From Cyanophora paradoxa CCMP329 (Eukaryota; Plantae; Glaucophyta), in assembly GCA_004431415.1 (NCBI GenBank), contig QPMI01000197.1:13341-77340 (forward strand): DNA of 64,000 nt, given 5' to 3'. A model generated the notes under the pieces. It saw only the letters and a list, made by a program, of their open reading frames with translations. It was not told where the DNA came from and did no database searches. Position numbers and translations under genes: made by a program. Shown one piece after another: positions 1 to 13,372 of the stretch. How positions within the stretch are numbered: the stretch's first letter is position 1; each line of letters opens with the position of its first letter.

Positions 1-3000
1 CTGCTCGAGCACAGCACATGACATTTTTTCCTTCCAAGCGGAAATAAGATTCTCGGAAGTGCCCGGAACACTGTGCTGCGCACCACATAGCGCCTTGCGG
101 CGCTCGGAATCAAAGATGTTTGCGCTCCAATGCCAGGTAATGCCTTCATATCGTGCGCGCCTCTCTCAACTTGAGCAGCACAAACTGCATACGAGGGGCC
201 TAGCGTTGCCATATGGTCAATCCTGCAAGCGTAGCAATGGTAAGATGAACGCCTACATGCTATGCAATGCAAGCAAGCAATGGAAAAAAACTAACATGCA
301 CGGAAGAAACTCATTCATTGTTGTCCAGAAGCTAATTGGGCGATAGTGTCGTTGCATTCCGTGAACTATCGCAGCAAGTTTGCGAAGCTCAAGCACATAG
401 TCCTTCCACAAAACCTGAAAATATGTCGATAATTGAGAGATTGATTGAAGCTTGGAAACACTTTTGCACTCGTTGCCCGAAGCAAGTCGAGTTCGTTCAT
501 CATGAGAATTCTATAGAGGGAATTGGTGTTGTCCAAATCGCTATCAAGAGTTGCACGAAGGACTGATAAGACGCGCGGCAGTTCAGAAAACTTGTTCGTT
601 ATTTTAGCTGTTGTCAAAAAGTCCGGATCGCGAAACTGCTTGCATTTCAGAGAACGTCGTTTTCAAAAAGTAGCTCGAGTAGGCCTCACCTCAGAGCTCG
701 AGTAGTGCATCCACGTAGAGTGGGTTGCTGCGATCCTACAAGCATGTTTCAGTTTTGGAGTTCCCAGATACGCGTATTGCTGGAGATCGTCTCGAATTCG
801 GAACGTCAACGCCGGATCAAACCTGTATGAACTCCTGTTGCAGTGTAAATCAATCGCTTAATCGAGCAATAAGAAATGATAATGTACTGAATAATGCTGT
901 CAAGCTTTGCTTGGGCGGATTCATCATGCGGAAGAGCGATACCAGAGAGAAAGGTGAGCCCTACTCGTTGAAAAGCATGCATTTGGTCCAGATGACGAGC
1001 TCCACATCTGAGCACATCCAAATCGTAATGGTGCTGCCCAGCACGTAAAAATTCACTATCGAAAGCGGAGAAGTCCTGTGGAGGTCCAAGGAGGAATCCA
1101 GGAAAATTTGCCGTTTCAGCGAGACCGAGAACACCTTCTCGATTATCAGGGACACCACCTCGATAATCAGGGATCTGATTACCTCTGTTATCGTCTTTTA
1201 GAAACTCCTGTAGCTCTTTTTTTGTTTTCAAACCACGCATATTGTCTTGTCGAGCGTTCTCTGCGTCAATGCCTCGCTGACGCTGGAGGCGGGAAGAATG
1301 TTAATGAATTCGAAGTATTCTGATGTCGAAATTCGAAACAAACCATAAGCGCGTCTGTTCGTGCAGGAGCGGGCCCATCATCCTTCTTTGTAAACATGCA
1401 CTTGTCGCGCCGCCAGTCACCGGCAGGAAGCTCCCAGCACTGTTTGAACTGTGGGTTGCGAGTTGTTGGCCCAGACAGGACTGACTCTTTTTCTGTAAAG
1501 GGATTGCCATATACTGCGTTGAATTGTTCTGTTCAACACAAGCTTAATATAATGACAAGGAATAGAAAAAGTTGTGAAAAGAAATAAACATACTGAGACG
1601 GGCAGATCCGACCTGACCAGGGAGATCGTCGATGTTAAGAACACAACTGAAATATGCATGCTCAATATCGTTCGTGTCGCAATTCCTATATGGCACGCTT
1701 TTTACCATTAAGTCATGGATTGGCGAAAAATGGAATACAAAGCTCTACCCAGTTGCTTTTGAAGAGCATGGATCCACTTCTTTTAGCCATGGGGTTAAAA
1801 ATAACCGAAAAAGGCCGTTGAAGTTGTGAACTTTTCCGTCGATTAGGAAAGCCAGTACGCTCAATTTTTCTCTGCGCTCTTCGTGAGCAACGGACATGTA
1901 CAAGGACACGGATTGGCGGAACGCAACCGAAAATGTGGATGTGCTGTCATGGGGATCAGAAATATTGGCGTGAAACTCCCGTAATCTTTTCCAGTCCTGT
2001 CCCAAAACATGTTTGCAAATCCTAAATATTTGAAGGGATATAAAACGGACCAGAGGTTCTTTACTGCCGCGTCAGTTGAATACGCAAGAAGCACGCAAAT
2101 TCCCCGCTTCTTTCCATTTTCTGGGAGAAGTACTCTTCCATCTTTCACGTAGTAGCGAAAGTGATCTGAATCCGTGTAGTCTCGAACCAGGGTTTGACGC
2201 GTCTCCCAGTTGCTGAAGGTGCAGTAGTAAGGTGGAGGAGAATCACGTTCTGACGAGGCCCGCTGGGCTCCGAACCTGACGAAGTCAGAGGGAGAAGAAC
2301 CACGAAAACTCGAAACATACATGAAACGCTTCAATAGTTGTGGATTGTTCAGAAATACTTGCCAGGATTGGCTCAAAGGAAAAAAGAAGCCTCGAGTTGC
2401 AGTTCTATACTCAGTGCCACCACAAAGACATGGCGCATTCTTGCTCGCACCACCACTTCTCGAATCGTCTTCAATCCAGACTGTATCGCAAAATGAACCG
2501 AGATTCCTGGAGCTCTCGTTCGCTGTGCAAAGGCGAAACCTAATGAAAGGCTGCAGAATGTTGAGTTCGCTGTGCGGAACCATTCGTCATAAAACTTACC
2601 TCAGCGAATACCGAGACGCGATTCATCATCGAACGCCAGCCGACCAGGCGGACAGGATTTGGTAACTTGAGAAAGCACTGATTCAAAAAGTTGCTGATAT
2701 AGCTGAAACTCTCGATAGGAATTTGCGGAAACCGAGTCTTGAGCCTCGAACAAAACGCAGTGTAGCAAGCTTCCTGTATCGAACGACGATAAGATAGTGT
2801 CTGGAATAAATTACGGTTTCAGTAGCATTGTACGAACTGTTATTGGGCAGTCTGTGAAAAGAGCACTTGTATAATCCTCAGGTTTCGAGCGTTCAAGATC
2901 CGAAGATAGAGATTGATCAGAGTTCTCAGCATACTCTTGCCAGATCTCATCAGATTCGGTGAGGTTCCCAGAATCATCAGGTTCAATTCCATTTTCATGT

Positions 3001-3308
3001 GCTGGAGATGCTTCTGCCTGTCTTGCCTGCAGCGCCTCGATCGCCTGTTTACGTTGACGTTTTTGGCGCTCTCTATACTCTGTTGTTTTTGGTAGGGCAA
3101 CATGTACAGTTCCTCGAGATTCTCGGCTGGGAACCCAGCCGTCGCGTAATCGTCCAGACGCCGAGTATCGCGCTATCCGAGTGCGTAATGCCGGCCGTGC
3201 ACCGAATCCATAGAAAGCTTTCATTCTATGCATCGCGCTTGTGCGAACCGACACCAGGGCGCCTTTGCATTCTGAGCAAAAGCAAGGCTGTGCTTCTTTC
3301 ACGTTCAT
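1..3308 (-). CDS. Spliced Tnp2/TnpD-like (CACTA) DDE transposase, 3' end probably runs off the window
   Basis: N-terminal CFCSEC...H Zn-binding motif (ORF 2811-3308). Exons read ...FFPLSQSWQVFLNNP...GICVLLAYSTD, then EERREKLSVLAFLIDGKVHNFNGLFRLFLTPWLKEV, then NIDDLPG, then LDQMH. These resemble the LxxDG / D-P / DxMH motifs of Transposase_21. Short GT-AG introns separate the exons. Confidence 0.7.
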
Positions 3309-4245
3309 GACTGTTTATCTGCGCTGGCTTGTACTTGTTACTCTTAAAGCTTGGAATGTTATGGTAAACACAGCATGGCAGACGGGAAGTGATCATGAGG
3401 GTACGTGTGGTTGGTCGGGGTACGCGATCCATCATTCGAAAGCAACAGACTGGACATTGCAGCGTAGCAGCCGACTGAAAGAGCTGTCAGACAATTGCTA
3501 GAAGCTCTCTCGGTGCTGTTCGGTCGCAACCTTTCCCTCCACGGCCGCCCAGAGACGGGCCGGCATTCGAGGTGCTTCGGTGGTTCGCCAATGCAAGTCC
3601 ATCCTGCCTTGTCTTAAATCTTCACTTCTCACTTATACACTGCTCTGCAGAACCATGCTGCTTCCCACGCCACCGCGCACGGTGGAAACGAGACGACTTG
3701 CCCATTGTTACGGCATCAAACGCGCCGAGGCGTATCAACTTGCCATACAGTTCAAAGCTGCATTAGAATCGTGCGCTCATTCGAATGGGTTCGAATCACG
3801 CCGGCGTTCTGAAATCGTGCAGGCCTGGCGACCCATTGTCGTCTGAGGACGCAGACCTTCGTAGGGACGCCGCGGAGAAGTGGCGTGAAGAGTGCGCTTC
3901 GATTGCTGTTGTTTATCTGCTGCTCCTTATGATTTGCTGTGCATGCGCAGTCTCGGAACTAAAGTGCAGGAGTGTTTGAGCGCTCGGACAGCGTTACAGC
4001 ACGCAGCCGGAACCGAGAAAGGCCTCTCTTTGGAAGCAAGTCCCGAGGAGAACCTGTGTTCTTTTTCCTTCGAGCTCCTCAGCGCTGTTGAGCAACTCCA
4101 TAACATCCGAAGAGCGGAGTTGGACGCTTCAAACCCCGACTCGTTCGCTCGTCTCCTTGCGTATTTGCGCATTGGTCGCTGGGTAATGATGAGAACGAGA
4201 TCGCAGGATTCTGCAACTCGCGACTCTTTCGAAAAAGACGAAATT

Positions 4246-7200
4246 ATGGGTTGTAAAGCTTTTCCAGGAGTTTCAAGGTTCGTATGCCTCCAAATGCCTC
4301 AAATGCCTCAAATGATCTTTTTCTCATCGCAGATATTCGTGGCAAGTGTAACGTCGCTCTTCATCATTCTGACGATAGTTTGAATCCTTCAGCTTCGGAC
4401 GGCAATCAGGGTTTGCGCCCCCGATTCTTTTTTACTTTTCTGACGACATCGAAAAAGTTTTGCAGACTTCAAGCTCAAGCAGCAGGGCTGTCGGGAGTTC
4501 ACTCGAGCGTTCAATTAAATCGGAGGTCGACATAACTGACCAAGAGAACGGTGCAATCCTTTTGGGACATCTTGCGTTCTGTTCAAATTTCCCTTCGTAC
4601 AGTAAAGCCGATCTCAAACGCCGCTTCTTCTTCTGGTTTTCGTTAACCTATTCCTGGCAGGTGCATCTCATAAACTGTCTGATCTCCGCTCTTCTCCTTC
4701 CAGAGATTCAGGTCTGGTTTCCTGCATGAAGCGCTTGTCAGACACGTTTTTAATACTAAAGCAGAATCGAAAGCCATGCCGTTCCCGTTTCCTCAGCTGC
4801 AGCGCATGCCCTTCCCGCTGGCAAACACTCCCTCCATCAAAGTGGAAGGCGTGACTCTAATACTGTTTTTTGACGTCGTTAATTCTTTATAATGCTTTCA
4901 ATGCAGGATCACCGGCGTCTTCTCTCGCATCAGAAAAGCAAACATCTCTTTCGTCATGTACAGCTGAAGTTCATGAAATGAAACGCCTTTTTCCTGGAGA
5001 CCAAGATTGTACTTCGCGTGTGTCTGTTCTCCCATCTGCGATCGAAAGCTTTAATTTGACTCGTTTCGCGACCTTTAGTTGCTTCCGACCTCTTGACTAT
5101 GAAGCGTGAGAATTTCAACTTCATGGCTTCAAGGTGTGCACCTCTTTGCGAATCTGTGCACCCCTAATTTGGAGGAATCATGCACCTAGCAGGCTCGAGG
5201 CGGCAGAAAACAATTTGCACGAGCAGCCTCAAGCAACTGAGCTGCTTCGTCTGGGAAAAGCTCTGATTCGAGAAATTGGAAGCTTCATCGAAAATCGCGA
5301 AACTACAAGGTGCGATCTATTTTGTTCATTTCTCCATTTTTTGTACCTTATCCTGTACAGCCTCTCACCCAATCAAATACTTCTTCAAACAAAGCGTGAG
5401 CGAGAACTTGCAGTTTCGATCCGACAAATTAAATCCGGTATTATTTCAATCAATCAATTTCCTTTCTTTATTCTTTATTCAAGAATTCTTTATTGTATCA
5501 GAAATCCAAGCGTCTTTTCCAACTCTCACGGAAGGCCTCGACATGACAATGGAGGATTTTATGAACTTCGGTTGGAAAATCGGTTTCTGGGATTTGATCG
5601 CTTACATTTATCCGCACACTCAGATGGTCGACTGAAGAAGGTTCTCCTTCTGTGCGCCGAAGTATCCAATCAACCTCAAAAATTCATCGAAAGGCAAGTG
5701 TTTTACTGGCGATTTTATTGAGGTTATTGACGATCACTTCTCAGGGTCGATGGACTCAAGGACTCGTTTGCGAGAGATACGTCATTAGCAAAATGCCTTC
5801 AAATCGCAACGACACTTGCCCATCAATTGACATGTGTTCAAGAAGCTATCACTTCTATAGCTTCCAAAACGAAACTTCGCGGCGACCGCGAACTTAGTGG
5901 AGCTGACGAGTTCGTTTTGTTTTTTGGTACAGGTTGTGTTCCTTAACCGTTTTGCAGGCTTGAACTTGAAGAGCTTCAAAGAGCTATCACAGATGAAGAG
6001 GATCGGAAGAATACTCTTCTATCTGTTGTGAAAGACCTGAGAGGGAAGTTCGAAACCTGTACGTCGTCGGATTTTCGCTCTGCGGTCAGTTTTGAAGAAA
6101 TTTACCTTGCGCTCAGCTGTGAGTGAGATTCGGGAACGCCAAATCGGACCTTGCGAAGACTCGACGCCGAGTAAATATAAATGGGGTAACCCGCTTGCTG
6201 ATCAATTCGCCGAACTTACGGCTCGAAAGCCAAAATGTGCAGATCCGTGTTTCTCATCGTCATTTCTGGTTTTTTATATTCACCATGATTTCTTGCTTTC
6301 AGACACAAGTAAAGAATTCCAGAAAATGGAAACTCCAATGGATTCGTGGCCTCTCAGTGTACCTCTCCTACACGAAGTATGCGTAAAGCTTTTTTGTGCG
6401 TTTTCTTTTTTTCTTCGAGGAGCTTCATTTTCAAATCAAAGCTTAATACAGGTTTGAAAAACGTCGGAGTGAACGGATATCGTGAAATTTCCGATATAAC
6501 GATCAGCGCATTTCTTTCAAAGCTCATCGACCATTTTGGCACATATCGATTTCAAGGATCGAACGCTGAACTGGTACTTTTTTTTATTTTTCTCAGTCTT
6601 GACATTAACAGCGCAAATCAGCGCAACCATATTCTTCAATTTCAACAGTTTTTTGTCGATGCCAAGTACGATATCAAAGTACCTGACGACCACATTTTCG
6701 CATCACCACCGGAAGGTTAGATTGATCGATATTCACTTGCCTTCAAATTCTCATTTTTGCACAGGATGTGGTTTTCTGGTAAAGCATCGGGAGGGGAAAA
6801 AATATACAAAGTCGGACAATATCCGGATTTTTGACGAAGCTTTAATGCCCATCATCTTCTGCCTCTGGAGAGCGATTTGCGAGCCGAGGCCGTCTGACTT
6901 CTCGAATTGTTATCCCGGTACAAACCTCGAGATTGTCGACTGTAGGTGCTTATGTATTCCATTGTTGGCAGGACTTCGTTCAAGAATCATACTCGTTATC
7001 AAGTTTCTTGCACATAAACTTCAGGTATTTGAAATTCTTCTACAATCACAGGAACCTTACAAACTTTAACAATCACAGGAACCTTACACGGATCATGTTG
7101 CCCAAAAGTATCTGAACTACCGACTCTGGCTATGGCGAAAAGACAAGCGGTCTTCGCTCGCACTTTTAGACGTAAGCCTCTGAATATTTTTTCGAAGATG

Positions 7201-9520
7201 TCATCGGTTGAGATCATTAAATACTTCTGAACAATATTTCAAGGAGTCATCCGGTGAGATCATTGGCTACGACTCCCCGCAACACCGGAAGTACTTGGTG
7301 AAGAAAAAAACCAATATCGATGCAAAGACTAAGGATCTCACCCGGACCGTACATGCTGCCGATTGGCGTTCGTTTTTGCATTTTGATTACTTCGAATTCA
7401 TTTGGACTCTGACAACATTTTTGCAGTGACGCCGTTTCTCAAATCAGATGGCGCTGTTCAGATGTGGGATGGAGAATGCGAATCGAAAAGTGTCAACAAG
7501 GACGCGAGCAGACCTCTTTTGCCATTTGGCGCATTGGTTAACCTTTATTATCCAAGAACTGACTCAACTGGCAATGTCACGAAAGAGTTTGTTGCCGCTG
7601 GGATGTACACTGGTCGAGTGAACATCGAGCTTCTTGTCAAGAAACATGGCATCATCTTGCCAAAGGTTTGATCGTTGTTTGCTTTTTATAACTTCTAACT
7701 GTTCTTTCAGGACAGTCATGGAGTCTCCGTTGAACATCTGGTCGTTGTTATGACGGCGAGACGCATTGGTATGAAAGTTCCATGGCATTTTCAGGATCTT
7801 AGAGTCTCGTCTGTCCAGCAAACGAATGCGGTATGCCTTCAATTTCAGCGAATGACTTCAATTTTTTTCAAATCCAACTTATATTGCAGCCCAATATGGA
7901 AAGCATCTCGGGACGGTTCAAATCAATCTTCTGGAGAGCTGACCTGATCGAAGAGACTCCTGTGCATGACGAACCAAGCGTCAACGAACCGTCCATGTCG
8001 CTCGTTGAACACGATCCAGTGCGTGCAAGTGAAAAATGATCAGTCAAACATTTGATTGCTCGCAGTTCGCAGCAATTCCACATAAGCGCCAAAGAAGACC
8101 ACGCGTGAGACCGCCGAAGGCCGAAAAGGGCGAAGATTCCGATCAAAACGCGATTGACGATGACGATGACAAAATATCCAAACAGAGCCTTGAACCAGCG
8201 ACGAGAGGATACAAACGTCCTGGGTCGTCGAGCAATGGTTCAGATGAAAGGTACGCTTTAAATGTCACAAGAAAGATTTGTCGTTTGTTATTTACTCTCC
8301 AAAGAACGACTGGCGCGAAGAAGCAACGAGCAGTTCAACTCCAGCATTCCAAGGTCTGTTTGTGATGATTTTACCATTCTTTGTGACGCCGGCCATGAAA
8401 TGCGCAGGTTGCGGTTGTGATTAAGCCAAAATCTCAAAGGTATTTATCTCAATGCCAACAACTTCGTGACGAAATGGTGTTAAGGTCAAGACCTGATGTG
8501 CCCGAGTCCAAGCGTGTAAGTATTCCCGTGTAAGTCCAAGACCTGAACGCTTATGTGTTTTCAGGTCAAACGTGTTTTGATCAAGCTTCCGCTTCAATCT
8601 GTTGCTCGACGAATCAAAGCAGACAAGCGCAAGCTGGGTGAACCTCCTTGTTTCAGAGAGGTGGAAATGGATGAGTACGACGGCTGGAATCGCTTCAATT
8701 TATTGCGGAGATCCGCTCAGCGCGACGAAAGCGAATATAACTGGGAGATGACTGAAACTGGCGAACTCGTTGTTGTTGGTGTTGGTTTTGTTATTCCTGA
8801 ACCCAAGAGTGGGAAGCGTGCGTTAGACTTCGCCTCAGACGTGCGTTAGACTTCGCCTTAACATTAAATTCGCAGTGATTTACGAGCATCGACTTCCTGC
8901 GGTTAACAAGGTCGAGAAAATTCGGACTTGGTCGACTTTTGTTATAACTGAGATCAACAAATTCATCAAAGGCGCAATTCTTGATTCTGCGTTCATGTAC
9001 GCGGTAATGTTTCTTTATCAGTGTGATAGTTCCTTACGATTTGCACAGGTCACATGTTGTCAAAGAACATCAGCTCAACGCTCTTAGTCGAGAGAGCTGT
9101 AAATTTCTCCCGCACGCCTTGTTCGACCACATATCTGACGACATTTCCAAAAATGTGAGTAAATGTGATTTTTAATTATGATATGAAAATTTGACGTCAT
9201 TTGTTTTTTCGCAGTACACCCTTCCTGCCATTTTTTTAGAAGATTATCCAGAAGAGAACACATGGCAAGATCATACGGATATTTTTGTCGATTCCTCACA
9301 CACCTCCTCACACACCACCGCTCCCCTCATGAAGCCAAACGGTTCGCAACAATGCGCAGGCGGTTCACCCGGTTTTGTAAATGTCAGTTTTTCCAGTGAA
9401 CACGCAAGCAGATCGTTCTGGCGTTCAAGGTGTGACCGTCTTCAAATCTCTTTAATGTATCGATATTTTCGACAGAAGCTAACGACGGAGTCAATGGACA
9501 CGACATTTTATCGACTTTAG
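4246..9520 (+). CDS. Multi-exon transposon-borne gene(s) of unknown function (possible TnpA-like/accessory protein); boundaries approximate
   Basis: Chain of coding-like segments separated by short AT-rich GT..AG introns, e.g. DIRGKCNVALHHSD; MEDFMNFGWKIGFWDLIAYIYPH; TPFLKSDGAVQMWDGECE; VKRVLIKLPLQSVARRIKADKRK. No family recognised. Confidence 0.45.
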
Positions 9521-9660
9521 ATGAACTGGAGGATAACGCTCAAATTTCTTGACACAAACTGTAGTAACAGTTTCTAGTGTCAACAATTATATTTTTCGTT
9601 TTAACACCTCCACTCGCCTTCTGATTCTCGCAGGTTGTCGAGCGCGGGCTGAAACGTGGC

Positions 9661-9750
9661 CGGGGGGTGGGGGGTGGGGGGGGGGGGGGGGGGGGCGGGG
9701 GCGGGGCGGGGCGGGGGGGGGGGGGGGGGGGGCTTGGGGCGGGGGAGGGG
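9661..9750 (+). repeat. Long G-tract (G-quadruplex-capable) inside the transposon
   Basis: ~90 nt of nearly pure G runs in an otherwise AT-richer context. Confidence 0.85.
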
Positions 9751-10200
9751 ACTTACACCCCAGCACCATCGTTCAAGACATCCACCAAGACATCCCCAGA
9801 CACAAGAACCAAGAACCCAAGAACCCAAGATACTTATTCTTCATACTTCATACTCATTCTTCTAGATACACACACATACTACTCTCCACTTTTCCAAGTA
9901 CCAGTACCTTCTACTCTTCTACTCTCTTCTACTACACACCTACTCTTCCATCCAGTCCCAAGTACCCAAGTGCAAGACATATAGACATCCACCAAGCTTG
10001 GAGAGGGGACGGGCTAAGTGGGCACTGGTGGAGGGGAGGGGACTTCGTTTCCCCTGTTTTTCAGTTATTATTCTCTTTCAAGAATTTGTTTCGCGCACCC
10101 TTTTTAGATTAAAACCCAAGATACTCATTCTTCATACTTCATACTCATTCTTAGACTTCCATTTACTCTTCCACACACACTCAAGGCCAACCAACCTCAT

Positions 10201-11152
10201 AGCTCCATAGTTCAAGACGTCCACCAGTGCGAGGCACAAGAACCCAAGCTTGATACTCATTCTTCATACTTCATACTCATACTCCTCTAAGAAATCATCG
10301 CGCCTCACGGTTCGTGCGCGTCCAGCGTACCCCACATCCCCAGCTTCCTTTTCAACAACTGGATCATGTTTTATATTGTCCTCTTTCTCAGATTTCCCAA
10401 CGAAATCGACGTCTCCGCAAGTCCCTTTGTTCATACGGCTTTCGAAGTTTGCGGAACACGGACCTTTCCCAACCGACGGGCCACTCAAGGCACCACATGA
10501 GACCAACAAAACGTGCAATCAAGGCCAACCGACCTCATAGAACAAGATCCACACACACCCCAGCTCCATAGTTCAAGACGTCCACCAGTGCAAGACACAA
10601 GAACCCAAGCTTGATACTCATTCTTCATACTTCATACTCATACTCCTCTAAGAAATCATCGCGCCCCACGGTTCGTGCGCGTCCAGCGTACCCACATCCC
10701 CAGCTTCCTTTTCAACAACTGGATCATGTTTTATATTGTCCTCTTTCTCAGATTTCCCAACGAAATCGACGTCTCCGCAAGTCCCTTTGTTCATACGGCT
10801 TTCGAAGTTTGCGGAACACGGACCTTTCCCAACCGACGGGCCACTCAAGGCACCACATGAGACCAACAAAACGTGCAATCAAGGCCAACCGACCTCATAG
10901 AACAAGATCCACACACACCCCAGCTCCATAGTTCAAGACGTCCACCAGTGCAAGACACAAGAACCCAAGCTTGATACTCATTCTTCATACTTCATACTCA
11001 TACTCCTCTAAGAAATCATCGCGCCTCACGGTTCGTGCGCGTCCAGCGTACCCCACATCCCCAGCTTCCTTTTCAACAACTGGATCATGTTTTATATTGT
11101 CCTCTTTCTCAGATTTCCCAACGAAATCGACGTCTCCGCAAGTCCCTTTGTT
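10201..11152. repeat. ~360-bp tandem repeat, ~2.6 near-identical copies
   Basis: AGCTCCATAGTTCAAGACGTCCACCAGTG recurs at 10201, 10562 and 10922 (periods 361 and 360). Partial precursors of the AAGAACCCAAG..CTTCATACTTCATACTC motif occur at ~9810-9860 and ~10113-10150. Confidence 0.95.
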
Positions 11153-11618
11153 CGTCCGGCTCGAGCTCAACCTCGAGCCTTTCCAAGCTGCTCATGGTTC
11201 GAGCCTTTCCAACCTCGTCCTCAACCTCGAGCCTTACCAAGCTGCTCATGGTTCGAGCCTTTCCAAGCTGTTTTTATAATTTCGTTAAATGTGCTTCTCA
11301 TTCGCAGAATGATTGCACCAATCCGTCAACTTCTGGAGAGTTCGCCAATGCGTTCAACAAAGTCCGCAGTTCCAGCCAGTGCCAACAAGCTCAAGGTTCG
11401 AGGTGCGGGACACATTCGTCTCTTCTTCGGGACCTGCCTTATCCTTTCCCAGATAAATATATATGCATTATAGCTAGATATACGCAGGAGGTATTCTGTG
11501 CGACAGCTTTTTCTAGTCAAACTTATTCAGCTACATGTGTGATGGAATTTAAACATTAAATCAAATAGCCACACGCCGCTGGGATGAAAAGAACGAGTGG
11601 GCCAGTTGGCAACGTTCG

Positions 11619-11790
11619 CTATTACACCGACCCCTATTACACCGACCCCTATTACACCGACCCCTATTACACCGACCCCTATTACACCGACCCCTATTAC
11701 ACCGACCTGGTCGGAGTAATCGCCCGTGGGAAAACACCGACCTTGTCGGTGTACTAAAGGTCGGCGAAGCACTATTACTCAGTCGGCGTA
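11619..11790. repeat. CACTA subterminal repeats: (CTATTACACCGACCC)x6 plus inverted GGTCGG copies
   Basis: Six tandem 15-mers at 11619-11707 (last one 14/15). They are followed by inverted or paired copies (GGTCGGAGTAAT; ACACCGACCTTGTCGGTGT; GGTCGGCG) within 200 bp of the terminus. Confidence 0.9.
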
Positions 11791-11811
11791 CCAGCACATG
11801 ATCTCCCAGTG

Positions 11812-13372
11812 GGATCAGGCGAGCGTGGGGCGACCAGGGGGGCGGGTGGGGGCGAGGGCGCGCTCTGTAGTCCACCGGCAGCTCGACCGTCCTGGGGTCG
11901 ACGAGCCACACTGCCGCCCGAGGGTGAGGCGGGGCGGGCGCTTGCAGGGCCCCCAGGGCCCGCGGCACGCACCGGGGAACTTGGGGATGCGCAGCTGGTG
12001 GTGGGCGAACTGCATCTGCGGGGGGGTCAGGAACATCGTCGGCCCGAACGTGAATCGGGGGGTCGCGTCGCGCCTCGTCGTCGCAGTTGTGGGAGCGGAT
12101 GTACCCCGGTGACAGGAAGCAGACATACGTCCGGCAGCGCTGCATCGCCTCCTGCGCATGCCGCGCGCCCCGCGCGCTCGGCATGCTGGAAGGCGCGAGG
12201 CGGTGGGCGACGCGCACCCCGATCTTGGCCATCCACTTCTGGCCCGCCTTGAGCTCGCGGTCGACCCTGCGCGGGGCGAGGGCGTCAGCGGTGCGGGGGC
12301 GGGGGAGGGGGCGAGGGAGAGGGGTGGCCTTGGAGGGGGGCGAACCATATCTTGAAGCCGGCGGCCTCGAGGGCGTCGCAGTAGCGGAAGACGAGCGTCG
12401 CGTCGACGTGGGCGTAGCTGCAGGCGGCGTGAGCACCGGCAGCGTGCGGCGGGGGCCGGGACAAGCGCCTGACGAAGCAGTCCCAGGCCTTGCCGTCGGC
12501 GGCCGGCTGCAGCGGGGGCGGGTGCTGCGGGACTGCAGCAGGCGCCTGCTGGGCGCGCTGGGCGGCCGGCGGGGAGGGCGCCGCTGGGGGACGGGCTCGC
12601 GTCGGGGAAGGGAAGCACGGGCGGGGTACACTGACCGGGGGCCGGAGGGGCCGGGCGGCGGGCGCAGCGGGGCGCGGGGCGGCGGGCGCAGCGGGGCGCG
12701 CGGCAGGGGCGGCGGGCTGCGGTGGCGGGTGAGTGCGCGGTGGAGGCCGAGGGGTAAGGGGCTGGGAGTGGGGCGCACCGCGGGGGCGGGGAGGGAGCGG
12801 AGGTAGGGCACGACGGCGGCGCACTGGGCTGTACCGTCGTACATGTTGTCATTAACGGCGCGGCGGACAAGCTCGGGCCACGAGTCCACGACGGGGTTGC
12901 CGCTCACGTACAGCTCCTGCAGGGCGGCGAGGCGGCCGATCTCCGGCGGCAGCGCCGTGAGCTGGTTGTCACTCACGAGCAGCTCCTTCAGGGCGGCGAG
13001 GCGGCCGATCTCCGGCGGCAGAGCCGTCAGCTGGTTGTCACCCACGTACAGCGTCTGCAGGTTGGCGAGGCGGCCGATCTCGGGCGGCAGCGCCGTCAGT
13101 CGGTTGTCGTTCACGTTCAGCCACCGCAGGGCGGTGAGGCGGCCGATCTCCGGCGGCAGGTCCGTCAGCCGGTTGTTGGTCAACCACAGCTTTTCCAGGT
13201 TCGTCAGCTTGGCGAGCTCGGCCCCCGGGATGCGCGTGAGCTTGTTATAGCCGAGGTCGAGCTCGCGGATGTTCGCCGGCCCCGCTCGCGCGATCTCCGC
13301 CGCCGGCCACTCCGTCCGCCCCTCCTTCTCCAGGTCCAGCTTCCCCTCCGCCGGGATCCACCCCTTGCCCAT
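11812..13372 (-). pseudogene. LRR-TIR receptor copy A (6 LRRs + TIR type 1), interrupted in its last intron by the CACTG transposon
   Basis: ATG at 13372 (MGKGWIPAEG) followed by LPPEIGRL-type 23-aa LRRs. The spliced TIR reads WDCFVSYAHVD...KIWVDRELKAGQKWMAKIGEAMQRCRTYVCFLSPGYIRSHNCDDEMQFAHH. The last exon seen in copies C and E (MMLASVNW...) is absent from the window. Confidence 0.85.

Larger units (their letters stand above)
1..11811. mobile_element. CACTA/EnSpm-superfamily (CACTG-type) DNA transposon, right portion; left end lies outside the window
   Basis: Abrupt compositional shift at ~11811. The segment ends in CAGTG (11807-11811, reverse complement CACTG) exactly where homology to paralog C resumes (GGATCAGGCGAGCG; compare 35467 onward). 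Direct and inverted subterminal CCGAC-core repeats are present, and the segment encodes a Tnp2-like transposase. Confidence 0.85.

Noticed and set aside
11527-11772. ORFs with (GVGVI)n or (RGRCN)n repeats; CRISPR-like appearance of the 15-bp array
   Set aside because: These are translations of a spacer-less tandem subterminal DNA repeat. There are no unique spacers and no cas genes.
1-11811. Bacterial contaminant or endogenous virus
   Set aside because: Spliceosomal introns, Tnp2-like motifs and a precise CAGTG junction inside a host intron fit a DNA transposon. No capsid or polymerase motifs were seen.
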